Shown here one piece after another: positions 9,037 through 18,663 of a DNA stretch of 64,000 nt. The notes beneath the pieces are model-generated. The model saw nothing but the letters and a program-made list of their open reading frames with translations. It ran no database searches and was not told where the DNA came from. The DNA is taken from NCBI GenBank assembly GCA_021788105.1, contig JAJYKZ010000001.1:19333-83332 (forward strand), written 5' to 3'. Origin of the DNA: a bacterium (lineage in GTDB: Bacteria > Patescibacteriota > Minisyncoccia > Moranbacterales > UBA2206). The position numbers were made by a program, and so were the translations under genes. How positions within the stretch are numbered: the stretch's first letter is position 1; each line of letters starts with the position of its first letter.

Positions 9037-10305
9037 TTATTTTTGTATCATCTTTACAGCCCTCCTGAGAATTCCTGCCATCACTTTTTCTTCTCCGGCC
9101 AGATCAAGCGCCAGATTGGCCAATCCCATCGGAGTGATGTCCTGAGGATCGCGCAATTCGCGCGTTTCGTCAACTATGTTTACTACATCTTTGGGCTGCA
9201 AAAAACTGACTTGCGGGGCTTTGGCGAACGGCAGATTTTTCATCCAGCCTGAAGTCATTAGCGATTTTTTAATTCCCGGCAGGCCGGAACCGCCGCCACA
9301 AAGGAAAAAGCGGGACGGCAAAAGATCGGTTTCGGCAAATTCCGCCAATGACAATTCTACTCCGGAGAGCCACACATCGCAATCGTCTTCCAAAATTTTT
9401 TCTATCTTGTTGCTGACGTCTTGCCCTAATTTTCCTTCCGCATATTTTATTTTCAAAACTTCCGCTTCTTCAAAACTGATTCCCAATTCCTGCGCCAGTC
9501 TTTTGGTGAATGCCCGGCCGCCCAACGCAAACATCTTGGTTCCCTCCAGTCCTCCGTTTCTGACTACGGCAATGTCGGTCGTCCCGCCTCCAATATCGAT
9601 AAATACTGCGTTGAAATCAAGAACGTCTTCAATGCCCATCGATCGCGCGACCGCGTACGGTTCCGCCGCAATACTCAGCAGGTCCAGCTTCAATTCAGTG
9701 GCAATTGTTTGAAGCGCGCCCAAATGAATCATTGGAGCGTAAGCGTTAAAAACCGCGATGGAAACATCACGACCTTGAAATCCGACCGGATTAGTCACGC
9801 GATAACCGTCGATCCGCACGTCCACAATCGCCGCGTTGATTAATTTAACCTCGATTTCGCTATGGCCCGTTTCCCAGGCCAGCTGCTGACGAATCCTGTC
9901 AAAAGCCTTCCATTGGACTTTTTGAATGATATTTTTAAGTTCCGGCAGATCGATTCTGATTTCCGGCTTGATTCTTTCATAATGCACGGTCGTGGTCGTT
10001 CCTTTGACCAGCTCGCCGGCAATTCCGATTATGGCTTTTTCCACCTTCTTGGCAGCAGCCATTTCTTTGGCAATTTCAATCGCTCGCCGGGAATTTTCGA
10101 TTACGCCGGAAATGTCGGAAACCGCTCCGCTTTGCATATCGCCCAGCCTTTGACGGACCCGGCCCGCTCCTTTGACTATGCCGTTGCCGGTTTCTTGGTC
10201 AATTTTGAAAACCAATGCTTTCACAACTTCCGTTCCGATGTCGAGCGACAGCATAAACTCATTGGACGATCTTTTGGATCCTAAAATTTTGGAAAAAATT
10301 CCCAT
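9037..10305 (-). CDS. ftsA: Actin-like ATPase, FtsA-like cell division protein (PilM not excluded)
   Basis: N-terminal LSLDIGTEVVKALVF phosphate-1 motif; DIGGGTTDIAV phosphate-2 motif; LCGGGSGLPGI adenosine motif; C-terminal amphipathic helix MAGILRRAVKMIQK. Confidence 0.6.
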   Translation of the reverse strand: MGIFSKILGSKRSSNEFMLSLDIGTEVVKALVFKIDQETGNGIVKGAGRVRQRLGDMQSGAVSDISGVIENSRRAIEIAKEMAAAKKVEKAIIGIAGELVKGTTTTVHYERIKPEIRIDLPELKNIIQKVQWKAFDRIRQQLAWETGHSEIEVKLINAAIVDVRIDGYRVTNPVGFQGRDVSIAVFNAYAPMIHLGALQTIATELKLDLLSIAAEPYAVARSMGIEDVLDFNAVFIDIGGGTTDIAVVRNGGLEGTKMFALGGRAFTKRLAQELGISFEEAEVLKIKYAEGKLGQDVSNKIEKILEDDCDVWLSGVELSLAEFAETDLLPSRFFLCGGGSGLPGIKKSLMTSGWMKNLPFAKAPQVSFLQPKDVVNIVDETRELRDPQDITPMGLANLALDLAGEEKVMAGILRRAVKMIQK

Positions 10306-10366
10306 CTGTATTTTAAAAATTATCTTTTTGTTTTACTGGTTTTATTATACAACAAAAGACAAAATT

Positions 10367-10389
10367 TAAAAAGCGGCCGCCAAGCCGCT
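10367..10389 (-). terminator. Hairpin terminator downstream of alaS
   Basis: aagcggccgccaagccgctt stem-loop followed by a T-run on the minus strand. Confidence 0.4.
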
Positions 10390-10415
10390 TATGAAATAGG
10401 AAATGGGAAAATAAA

Positions 10416-12221
10416 TTATTCCAAAACCGCTTTAATTCTCCGCACCCCGGATGAAGAGGCTTCTTCTTTTTTTATCTTGAAGTGGCCGAGTTTGCCGGTA
10501 CTTCCGGCATGCGGACCGCCGCAAATTTCCTTGGAAAATTCTCCGGCCGAATAAACTTTTACCTGCTCGCCGTATTTCGATTCAAAAACTCCCAGCGCGC
10601 CTCTTCCCTTGGCTTCTTCCACTGTCATCTCTTCGCAGACCACTGGAATATTTTCGCGAATCTTTTCATTGACAATATCTTCCGCTTTCTGGATCTGTTC
10701 CGGTGTTAGTTTTTCATGGTGGGAAAAATCGAAACGCAGCCTTTCTGGCGTAATGTTCGATCCTTTTTGATAGACGTGCGGACCCAGAACTTCGCGCAAG
10801 GCCGCCTGCAAAAGATGCGTCGCGGTGTGCAGTCTGGCCGTCTGTTCGTCCTGCGATTGCAGTCCGCCCTTGAAAGCGCCGGCCGAAGCGGTGCGTGAAA
10901 GTTCCTGATGTTTTTGCAGTTCCTCCTGAAAACCTTTTTCATCAACCCGCATTCCCCTTTCATCTGCCAGTTCCTTGGTAATTTCAAATGGGAATCCGTA
11001 AGTTTGATACAGATCAAAGGCTTCTTTGCCAGAAATATCTTTAGTTGCATTTTTTTCAAATTCTTTTAATCCTTTCTCTAAAGTTTCTCTAAATTTATTT
11101 TCTTCTTTTTCCAATTCTGCAAAAATTTTATCTTTCTTTTCTTCCAACTCATGATAAAAAACTTCGTACATCCCAATCACAACTGCGGAAATTTCTTTGG
11201 CAAAATTATTTTCCACGCCCAAATGTTTTCCATGGCGAATGGCGCGCCGAATGATTCTCCGCAAAACATAACCTCTCTGAACATTCGACGGAATTACCCC
11301 GTCGGCAATCATGAATGTACTGGCTTTTATGTGGTCAGCGATGATTCGAAATGATTTTTCATTGTCTTCGTAATTTTTTCCGGAAATTTCTGAAACTTTC
11401 GCAAAAAGTGTTTGGAAAAGCTCCGTCTCAAAAACATTTTCTTTGCCATTGAGCACAGCCAGCGTTCTTTCCACGCCCATGCCGGTGTCCACATTCCGCC
11501 GGGCTAATTTTTCCACCGATCCGTCCTCTTTCTTTTCAAATTCCATAAAGACATCATTCCAGATTTCTATCAGCCGAAAATTATCCACCAGATTGGAAAA
11601 CTTTTCGTTTATTTCTCCCTCTTCCGGACGCGTATTATAAAACATTTCCGTGTCTCCTCCGCACGGTCCGGTCGCGCCGGCAATCCAAAAATTATCATCG
11701 CTCCCCAGCGGAATGATGCGGATGTCGCCTTTAATAATTTCATCTTCTCCGGCCACTCCGACTTCCATTCCGGCCTTGGCGAAAGTTTCTTTCCAAATTC
11801 GGATCGCCTCTTCGTCGCGCGGAATATTATCCTCGCCTTTGAAAACAGTCACATAGATTCTTTTCGGGTCCAATCCCAGCCACTCTTTGCCGGTCAGAAA
11901 TTCAAAGCTCCATTCGATCGCTTCTTTTTTAAAATAGTCGCCAAAGCTCCAATTGCCCATCATTTCAAAAAAAGTATTGTGCCGGTTGTCGCCCACGTCA
12001 TCGATATCGATCGTGCGCACGCATTTTTGCACGTTGGCCACGCGCGTTCCGCCCGGATGTTTCTCGCCCAAAAGATAGGGCACCAGCGGATGCATGCCGG
12101 CCGTCGTAAAAAGCACCGACGCGTCGGTCTCGCGCGGAACCAAAGAAGCCGAAGGGATGATGGCATGCCCTTTCGACTCAAAAAATTTCAAAAATTTTTC
12201 CCGCAGTTCTTGCGCTGTCAT
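10416..12221 (-). CDS. alaS: Alanine--tRNA ligase, catalytic plus editing domains; C-terminal C-Ala domain absent
   Basis: TTAGMHPLVPYLLG, FEMMGNWSFGDYFK, editing-domain HTATHLL and CGGPH motifs. 601 aa versus ~870 typical. Confidence 0.85.
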   Translation of the reverse strand: MTAQELREKFLKFFESKGHAIIPSASLVPRETDASVLFTTAGMHPLVPYLLGEKHPGGTRVANVQKCVRTIDIDDVGDNRHNTFFEMMGNWSFGDYFKKEAIEWSFEFLTGKEWLGLDPKRIYVTVFKGEDNIPRDEEAIRIWKETFAKAGMEVGVAGEDEIIKGDIRIIPLGSDDNFWIAGATGPCGGDTEMFYNTRPEEGEINEKFSNLVDNFRLIEIWNDVFMEFEKKEDGSVEKLARRNVDTGMGVERTLAVLNGKENVFETELFQTLFAKVSEISGKNYEDNEKSFRIIADHIKASTFMIADGVIPSNVQRGYVLRRIIRRAIRHGKHLGVENNFAKEISAVVIGMYEVFYHELEEKKDKIFAELEKEENKFRETLEKGLKEFEKNATKDISGKEAFDLYQTYGFPFEITKELADERGMRVDEKGFQEELQKHQELSRTASAGAFKGGLQSQDEQTARLHTATHLLQAALREVLGPHVYQKGSNITPERLRFDFSHHEKLTPEQIQKAEDIVNEKIRENIPVVCEEMTVEEAKGRGALGVFESKYGEQVKVYSAGEFSKEICGGPHAGSTGKLGHFKIKKEEASSSGVRRIKAVLE

Positions 12222-12442
12222 TAGTGTAGATTTTTAATTCTTTTTTCAATATCCCTATAATCATCGTTTTTGAAATGATAAGAAAATTCGCTATGTATTT
12301 TAGATATTGCTTCAACGTAATCTATTTTTTTATTATCTAAATCGCGTTCTATTTCTCGAATCCTATTCTCTTGAAAACTGGTCAAAGGAACTCTTCTTTG
12401 ATTGGCGATATTTTCCACTATTGATTTTAAATGTGAGACCAT
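12221..12442 (-). CDS. Hypothetical small protein
   Basis: ORF only; tightly packed between alaS and the next gene. Confidence 0.3.
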   Translation of the reverse strand: MVSHLKSIVENIANQRRVPLTSFQENRIREIERDLDNKKIDYVEAISKIHSEFSYHFKNDDYRDIEKRIKNLH

Positions 12443-12457
12443 AATTTTTTAAAAAAT

Positions 12458-12733
12458 TTAAACCAAATTCAATTTCTTTCGCAAATTTTTGAGCGCCGTA
12501 TCCGACACTAAAATTTCCTGCTCCAATCTGGACAGCCTTGATTGCTTCTCTTGGATGCCCGCCCGGATCTGGTCTTCCTTTCTTTTCAAATCGCGCATCT
12601 CCGATTCGATCTGGATTTTTTCATTGAGCCTTTTTTTATAGTCCGCCTCTTGCATCACGATCTGCCGCTGGATTTCATTTTTTTGCCTGGTCTTGTCCTG
12701 GGCGGCTTGATTTTGGTTGGAATTAGTATACAT
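12458..12733 (-). CDS. Hypothetical coiled-coil protein
   Basis: Heptad-rich K/E/Q sequence; ORF only. Confidence 0.3.
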   Translation of the reverse strand: MYTNSNQNQAAQDKTRQKNEIQRQIVMQEADYKKRLNEKIQIESEMRDLKRKEDQIRAGIQEKQSRLSRLEQEILVSDTALKNLRKKLNLV

Positions 12734-12736
12734 ATT

Positions 12737-13327
12737 TTAGGAAGATTTTCGCAATAAACTATAAATTGATTTGGATTTGTTTTGATTGTTGGAATAGATA
12801 TTCTGTCCTGGCAATTTTGATTTGTTGGCGGCAAGCTGGGTGGTTAATTTTTTTTCGCCATCTTTGGCCGCTTTTTCTTGTTCAATATTTGCATTACGCG
12901 CTTCTTCTTGCCTGTTAAAACTTATTGATACAATTTTTCTTTCTGATTTTTCTGTCGGTGCTTCCATTTCTTTCGATCCGTTCTCATATCTGAGTTCGGA
13001 CAGATCTTTGAATTTTCTGAATCTTTTATCCCGCAGTCCCAATTCTTTAGCCACCTCCCTGGCTTTGTTTTTCGTTACATAACCTTCCGCTATAAGAGTC
13101 TGCAGGTCATTATGCACCTCTTCCCGAGTCAGTCCTCCAATTTGATCCTTCTTTAGCATTTGAGCAAGATGATGCCGCGCGCCCGGATGATTCAGACCAA
13201 CCTCTTTGCTGATGTGATGAATATCATATTTCGTAATTTCTGCATCGGCAATTCTTTTAACATATCTATTATTGTTAAATTGTCTTTTCCCATTTAAAGA
13301 AGATTTTCGATTGAACAGCAATCCCAT
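12737..13327 (-). CDS. Hypothetical protein
   Basis: ORF with coding-like composition; no motif recognized. Confidence 0.35.
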   Translation of the reverse strand: MGLLFNRKSSLNGKRQFNNNRYVKRIADAEITKYDIHHISKEVGLNHPGARHHLAQMLKKDQIGGLTREEVHNDLQTLIAEGYVTKNKAREVAKELGLRDKRFRKFKDLSELRYENGSKEMEAPTEKSERKIVSISFNRQEEARNANIEQEKAAKDGEKKLTTQLAANKSKLPGQNIYSNNQNKSKSIYSLLRKSS

Positions 13328-13336
13328 ATTTTTATT

Positions 13337-14380
13337 TTACGGATGAAAAAAGAAAGCTACTGCCATTATGGCATACGCCATAATTAACTGCAATCCTTCC
13401 AGCCAATTGCTTTCGCCGTCTTCCACTACCATATTGGTAATTAAAACTGACAATACGATCGCTACCAGTTCAAAACTGTTGAAGACCAAACTCATGGGGT
13501 GAGAAAGCAAGCTGGCCAAAACCAGAATCGGCGCCACAAACATCACAATTTGCGTTCCTGATCCGATCGAAATCTGGAGCGCCAGATCCATTCGGTTTTT
13601 CATTGCCATCATTATGGCTGAAGTATGTTCGGCCGCATTGCCGATGATCGCCACAAAAATCACACCAATGAAAAGTTCCGTCCAGCCGAAAGCGGCCACG
13701 ATCGGCTCGACGGAACCGACCAAAATTTCACTCATCCAAGCTACCGCCAGCGTCGCAATCAGAAGAATCGTGATGCTTTTTGTTTTGCTCCATCTGGCTT
13801 CATAATCTCCGACTTCTTCGGTGTAGAGATGTTTGTGAGTAAACAACATAAACCACAGATTTCCCAGATAAACAATGACCATAAATACGGAAACAAAAAT
13901 GCTTAGTTTATCAACGATTGCAAATCCCGCGCCGGGAGCTGTTAATGTAAAAATAGCCGGCATCACCAAAGCCGCTACCGCCAAAAGAAGCATGGACGAA
14001 CTGGCCATGGCCGCCGTTTTGTTGAATTCTTGTTTTTTAAATTTCCAGCCGCCCACAAACATCGCCGTGCCCAGAACCAACAAAAGATTACCGATGATCG
14101 AACCGGTGATAGAAGCCTTGACCACTTCGACCAGCCCGCTGCGAATGGCGAAAATTCCAATCAAAAGTTCCGTGGCGTTGCCAAAGGTGGCGCTTAAAAA
14201 TCCGCCGATAGCCGGTCCGGTATGTACGGCTAAAACTTCCGTTGCTTCTCCGATGAACTTCGCCAGCGGAATGATTGCCAATGCCGCCAGAAAGAAAACA
14301 ACGAGCGGCGAAACATGCGCGTATTCTGCGATGATCGTGATCGGCACGAAAGCCAAAAGCCAGAGAAATAGTTTATCCAT
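13337..14380 (-). CDS. Ca2+/H+ antiporter, CaCA/CAX family (ChaA/YfkE-like)
   Basis: Two alpha-repeat motifs GNATELLIGIFA and GNAAEHTSAIMMA; about 10 predicted TM helices. Confidence 0.8.
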   Translation of the reverse strand: MDKLFLWLLAFVPITIIAEYAHVSPLVVFFLAALAIIPLAKFIGEATEVLAVHTGPAIGGFLSATFGNATELLIGIFAIRSGLVEVVKASITGSIIGNLLLVLGTAMFVGGWKFKKQEFNKTAAMASSSMLLLAVAALVMPAIFTLTAPGAGFAIVDKLSIFVSVFMVIVYLGNLWFMLFTHKHLYTEEVGDYEARWSKTKSITILLIATLAVAWMSEILVGSVEPIVAAFGWTELFIGVIFVAIIGNAAEHTSAIMMAMKNRMDLALQISIGSGTQIVMFVAPILVLASLLSHPMSLVFNSFELVAIVLSVLITNMVVEDGESNWLEGLQLIMAYAIMAVAFFFHP

Positions 14381-14398
14381 ATTTTGTTTATTTTTAAT

Positions 14399-15538
14399 TT
14401 ATTTTATCCTCCCTCCGCCCAACAATTCTCCTTTAGCGGTGTAAAATACAGCCGACTGGCCGGGCGAGACTTGCTTTTGCGGTTCAGCAAATTCAACAAG
14501 ATAAGACTTTGCTTCTCCTTGCGGATTTGCTTTTATTATAGCAGATATTGATGGGTGGCGGTACCTGAGCTTTAGCAAAATTTTGGCCGGCAATTTTGGT
14601 TCTTTCGCGAGCCAGTTGGTTCTTTCCACAAAAATGCTTTTATGGAAAAGTTTCGGATCGTCCGGCTTGTTCGTCACGATCAGAAGATTTTTTTTCAAAT
14701 CCTTGCCCGCGACATAATACGGACCGTCGCCGCCGATGTTGATCCCCCGCCGCTGGCCGATCGTATAGAGCGGCAGACCGTCGTGTTCCCCGATGATTTT
14801 CCCTTCCGTGTTCGCAATCTTTCCTCTCTTCAGTTTCAGGTTCCGGCGCAAAAATCCTTCCGGATATTTTTCCGGTGTAAAACACAGTCCTTGTGAATCG
14901 TCTTTGTTGAACACCGGTAAACCCAGTTCTTTGGCAATTTTTCTGATTTCGGATTTTTTGTATTGGCCGACCGGAAACAAAATCCGAGACAATTGATGCT
15001 GATTGAAGTTATACAAAAAATATGATTGATCTTTTTCTTTGTCTTTACCTTGGAATAATCGATAAATTATTCCGGCATTTTTGGAACTTAGCTCCTGCTT
15101 GGCTTCTTTTTTGATCGCGTAATGGCCCGAAGCCACGAAGTCGCCTTCCATCTCCAACATTTTTTTGAGAAGCACGTTGAATTTTATTTTTTCATTGCAG
15201 ACTACGCACGGATTGGGCGTCCGGCCGTTTTTATATTCTTCCAAAAAATAATCCACCACTTCTTTCTTGAATTCCTTCTCGGCATTCGCAGTGTAAAGAG
15301 GAATCCCCAAAATTTTGCAAACTTTTCGGGCATCTTCCAAGGACTCCAAAGAACAACATTTATTTTCGATGGAACTATTAAGCGCCGGCTCCTTCCAGAA
15401 ATGCATAAAGACGCCCACGACATCGTAGCCTTGCTTCTGCAACAGCGCGGCCGCCACCGAAGAATCCACTCCGGAAGACATTCCGACAACCACTCTATTT
15501 TTCTTCTTTGCTTTCATCCAAAATTTTCTTAATTTCAC
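14399..15538 (-). CDS. mnmA: tRNA-specific 2-thiouridylase MnmA
   Basis: PP-loop VVGMSSGVDSSVAA; conserved Cys residues; C-terminal beta-barrel region. Confidence 0.85.
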   Translation of the reverse strand: MKLRKFWMKAKKKNRVVVGMSSGVDSSVAAALLQKQGYDVVGVFMHFWKEPALNSSIENKCCSLESLEDARKVCKILGIPLYTANAEKEFKKEVVDYFLEEYKNGRTPNPCVVCNEKIKFNVLLKKMLEMEGDFVASGHYAIKKEAKQELSSKNAGIIYRLFQGKDKEKDQSYFLYNFNQHQLSRILFPVGQYKKSEIRKIAKELGLPVFNKDDSQGLCFTPEKYPEGFLRRNLKLKRGKIANTEGKIIGEHDGLPLYTIGQRRGINIGGDGPYYVAGKDLKKNLLIVTNKPDDPKLFHKSIFVERTNWLAKEPKLPAKILLKLRYRHPSISAIIKANPQGEAKSYLVEFAEPQKQVSPGQSAVFYTAKGELLGGGRIK

Positions 15539-17324
15539 CCAGATCCGGTTTCTGCTTTTGCGGTTTGAATTTTTTCGGAGCGATGTGCGACATTTGAGAA
15601 AGGCTCATCGGCCTGTCTTGAGGCATATACGCTTTATGCTCAACTTTTCTTTCCTGCGTTTTCGGTTGGACTTTTTTCACAACAATGACTTGCTGGTTGC
15701 CGGCTGCCGGTTGCCGATCTCTGGTTTGTTCCGAACGCGTTTTGGCCATCACCCGCTGATAATCTTTCAAACACTCCTTGCAAAAAGTAGGCCGACTGGG
15801 ATCCGGCTTGAACGGAACTTTGATCGGCTCTTCGCAAGTACTGCAAACGGCGTCATAAATTTCGAATTTTTGCGCATTATCGCCATCATTATCTTTGCTA
15901 ATTTTATTATCAGAAGAAGCATTATTTACCGGAGGCTTCGGCTTTACCACAATTACATTAGGCTGCGTTTTAGGCGGATCGAAAGATGGATCGGAAGCGG
16001 CACTCGTCCGGCCATCTTCCTCTTTTTCTCTGGGAATGAACATGCCGCTCCAGCGCGCAATCTTATCCTCCACATCCCGGCGCTCGCGGCCATATCTTTC
16101 CCGCGAAATTCTGATTACTTTTTCCGCATTTTCAGCCGTGTCATTCAAGTTGAAAGGCGGCAAAGTGGAAGCTGAAAAAGCGTCGCCCGCAATACCGTCG
16201 ATCATCAATTTAAGATAGATGTTGTATTTGGTTAAATTTACAATATCATTCATCAAAAAAACCGGGTCGAATTCTTTTTCCAGATTCTCCGCGTCTTCCG
16301 CTCCTACCCGGAATGAAACAATTGTTCCAACATTGCCAAACACCGCATCGCGCACGGTCGTGTTCCCGTCAAAAACCAACTGATTGATGTATTGGTGAGC
16401 CAGCACCAGATCCAAACGATATTTTCTGGCCTCGGACAAAATATTGGCGAAAGATTCCGTAGCAAAATTTTGGAATTCATCGACATAAAGATAGAAATCT
16501 TTTCTTTCTTCTTCCGGAATTTCAACCCGGCCCATCGCCGCCAGCTGGATTTTGGTAACTATCATTCCGCCCAAAAGCCGCATCGCGTCTTCGCCGATTC
16601 TTCCTTTGGACAGATTGACGATCAATATTTTCTGATTGTCCATGATGTCGCGCATGTCGATCGTCGATTTCGGCTGGCCGACAATGTGGCGAATTATAGC
16701 TGAGGACAAAAATTGACCGACTTTGTTCTGGATGGCTGCCACAGCTTCTTTGCGGAAGCGATCCTCCCATTTGTCAAATTCATTTATCCAAAAAGATTTC
16801 ACGACCGGATCTTTGATTTTGGGATAAACTCTTTTGCGATAATCGCTGTCCGCCATCATCCGGTTTACTCCCAGCATTGTCGAGCCCGGATAATCCAAAA
16901 GGGCTAAAATAGTATTGTTCAAAATATATTCCATCCTCGGACTCCAGACATCCGGCCAGATTTTTTTGAAAACCCCCATCATTCCGGAAGCCACCAGATT
17001 CTTTTTGTCTTCATCCACCGCCTCCAAAATATTAAAAGCGACCGGAAATTCGGCATCGGCCGGATTGAAATAAATGACGTCATTAATCCGATTTGCCGGC
17101 ACGGCCTTGAGCATTTTTTCCGCAAATTCTCCGTGCGGATCAACCACGCAAACACCCTCCCCATTACGAATATCCTGGATCGCCATATTTTCCAGCATAT
17201 TGGATTTTCCCATACCGGTTTTTCCGATAATGTACATGTGCCTTCGCCGATCATCTTTCTTAATTCCAAAATTCACCTCCTGGTTTCTGAAATTGGTTTT
17301 TGCAAAAAAATTAATTTCTGGCAT
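15495..17324 (-). CDS. P-loop ATPase of the VirD4/TraG/HerA (AAA-like, DUF87-type) superfamily with a C-terminal CxxC...CxxC zinc ribbon
   Basis: Walker A IIGKTGMGKSN; Walker B-like FYLYVDEFQNF; CSTCEEPIKVPFKPDPSRPTFCKEC near the C-terminus; no TM segment. Confidence 0.55.
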   Translation of the reverse strand: MPEINFFAKTNFRNQEVNFGIKKDDRRRHMYIIGKTGMGKSNMLENMAIQDIRNGEGVCVVDPHGEFAEKMLKAVPANRINDVIYFNPADAEFPVAFNILEAVDEDKKNLVASGMMGVFKKIWPDVWSPRMEYILNNTILALLDYPGSTMLGVNRMMADSDYRKRVYPKIKDPVVKSFWINEFDKWEDRFRKEAVAAIQNKVGQFLSSAIIRHIVGQPKSTIDMRDIMDNQKILIVNLSKGRIGEDAMRLLGGMIVTKIQLAAMGRVEIPEEERKDFYLYVDEFQNFATESFANILSEARKYRLDLVLAHQYINQLVFDGNTTVRDAVFGNVGTIVSFRVGAEDAENLEKEFDPVFLMNDIVNLTKYNIYLKLMIDGIAGDAFSASTLPPFNLNDTAENAEKVIRISRERYGRERRDVEDKIARWSGMFIPREKEEDGRTSAASDPSFDPPKTQPNVIVVKPKPPVNNASSDNKISKDNDGDNAQKFEIYDAVCSTCEEPIKVPFKPDPSRPTFCKECLKDYQRVMAKTRSEQTRDRQPAAGNQQVIVVKKVQPKTQERKVEHKAYMPQDRPMSLSQMSHIAPKKFKPQKQKPDLGEIKKILDESKEEK

Positions 17325-17341
17325 ATTATTTTTTGAATTAT

Positions 17342-18598
17342 TTATCCGATTGGCAGATTGGCCGGAGCCGATCCGCGTTTTGATTCTACCCGGTTCAATG
17401 CCGGAGTCTTGACTTCCATATGCGGGAAATGATAGAGCGTCGCTAATTCTGAAGTGGAAAGGACGAATTTTTTTCCGTCCATATCCCGATCAACATACCT
17501 GCGATAAATTTTTCTTTTCATCCGCGGCAAAATACTGTCTTTCCCGACATACTTCGCCGATGTCTTGCTCATATTTTCCGGCCTGATATTGTTTAGATTC
17601 AAATCATTGAACTGGCGCATTGCTCCGAAGAAAGCCGTCGTGTTGGACATGCTAAAGCCATCCTTCTTGCCCAAATAAACAAACCTCATTTTTGTTTTAA
17701 AGGCGTTCTTGCCAAGATTATCTTCAATCGCCTTAAGTTGTTCTTTCTCCCCCGGCGTCAACCTGAATTCCAGGGGCTGCTCTTCTTTCTTTTCCGCCTT
17801 TTTAAATTCCACCGGACCCAGCGCTCCCTTAAACAGATTGGAAAAAACATCAACAAAATCCTGCCAAAACCGGTTTTCTTCTTTTTTAGCCCGGCCGGCT
17901 AATTCAGCAATCAGATCTTTTTGCTTCTTTTCATTTTTCCATTTTTCCGGCAAAGGCTCCAGCACAAATTGAAGCCATAAATTTTGCTCCGGAGGAAGCG
18001 CTCCCATATTCTCCACGATTCCCGCCAGCGGATCGATCATAGTTCCGGTAATATCTTCTTCGAATTTATCGTACGTTCTGATCGGAATCGGATCAGCCTC
18101 GACCAATTCCATGTCCGCTCCCCACAACTGCCAATCTTTGTTGGGCACAACTTTGGGAAAACTTTTGACATAATCTTCCACGTCTCTAATCTCCGCGTCC
18201 GGATATTGGGCATAAATGTGAGACTCGACCATGGTCCGATATTTTGTCTGCACTCTGACATAGAAATGAATCTCTCCGCCCAAACTGACCAATTCGAAAC
18301 TGAAGCGGTCCGTAAACATTCCCATACCGTAATTTTCCCAAGCAGTAAAAGTCACCACCACGCCGATCAAACCGTGAAAAATCGACTCCATCGGTTTGGG
18401 ACCTTTTTCCAGATCCTTTGGAGGAATAATTTCGAGCATGGTCCACTGGAGCGACCTGGCCCATTTTTTCTTGATGTAGTCCAGCCAGATCAGTTTAAAA
18501 AGAAAATACAAAAGCGCCGGCAGGATGATCCACCAGAAATAATAAAAGGCCGTTATGGCAGGAGCGAAAGTATTTGAAATGTAAGATAAAAAATCCAT
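17342..18598 (-). CDS. Membrane protein with two N-terminal TM helices and a large cytoplasmic domain, partnered with the upstream ATPase
   Basis: TMs FAPAITAFYYFWWIILPALLYFLF and LIGVVVTFTAW. Its stop lies 18 nt from the ATPase start on the same strand. Confidence 0.45.
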   Translation of the reverse strand: MDFLSYISNTFAPAITAFYYFWWIILPALLYFLFKLIWLDYIKKKWARSLQWTMLEIIPPKDLEKGPKPMESIFHGLIGVVVTFTAWENYGMGMFTDRFSFELVSLGGEIHFYVRVQTKYRTMVESHIYAQYPDAEIRDVEDYVKSFPKVVPNKDWQLWGADMELVEADPIPIRTYDKFEEDITGTMIDPLAGIVENMGALPPEQNLWLQFVLEPLPEKWKNEKKQKDLIAELAGRAKKEENRFWQDFVDVFSNLFKGALGPVEFKKAEKKEEQPLEFRLTPGEKEQLKAIEDNLGKNAFKTKMRFVYLGKKDGFSMSNTTAFFGAMRQFNDLNLNNIRPENMSKTSAKYVGKDSILPRMKRKIYRRYVDRDMDGKKFVLSTSELATLYHFPHMEVKTPALNRVESKRGSAPANLPIG

Positions 18599-18663
18599 TT
18601 TATTCTTGGCGTTGCAAGTTTTTTTTCTTTTAATATAATAGCGATTTCGTTTTTGTTTCGGGA

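Noticed and set aside
15495-17324. FtsK/SpoIIIE or VirB4 assignment for the ATPase
   Set aside because: There is no N-terminal TM region and no FtsK-like motifs. The Walker A/B context fits the DUF87/AAA-like TraG/HerA group better. It is left as superfamily level only.
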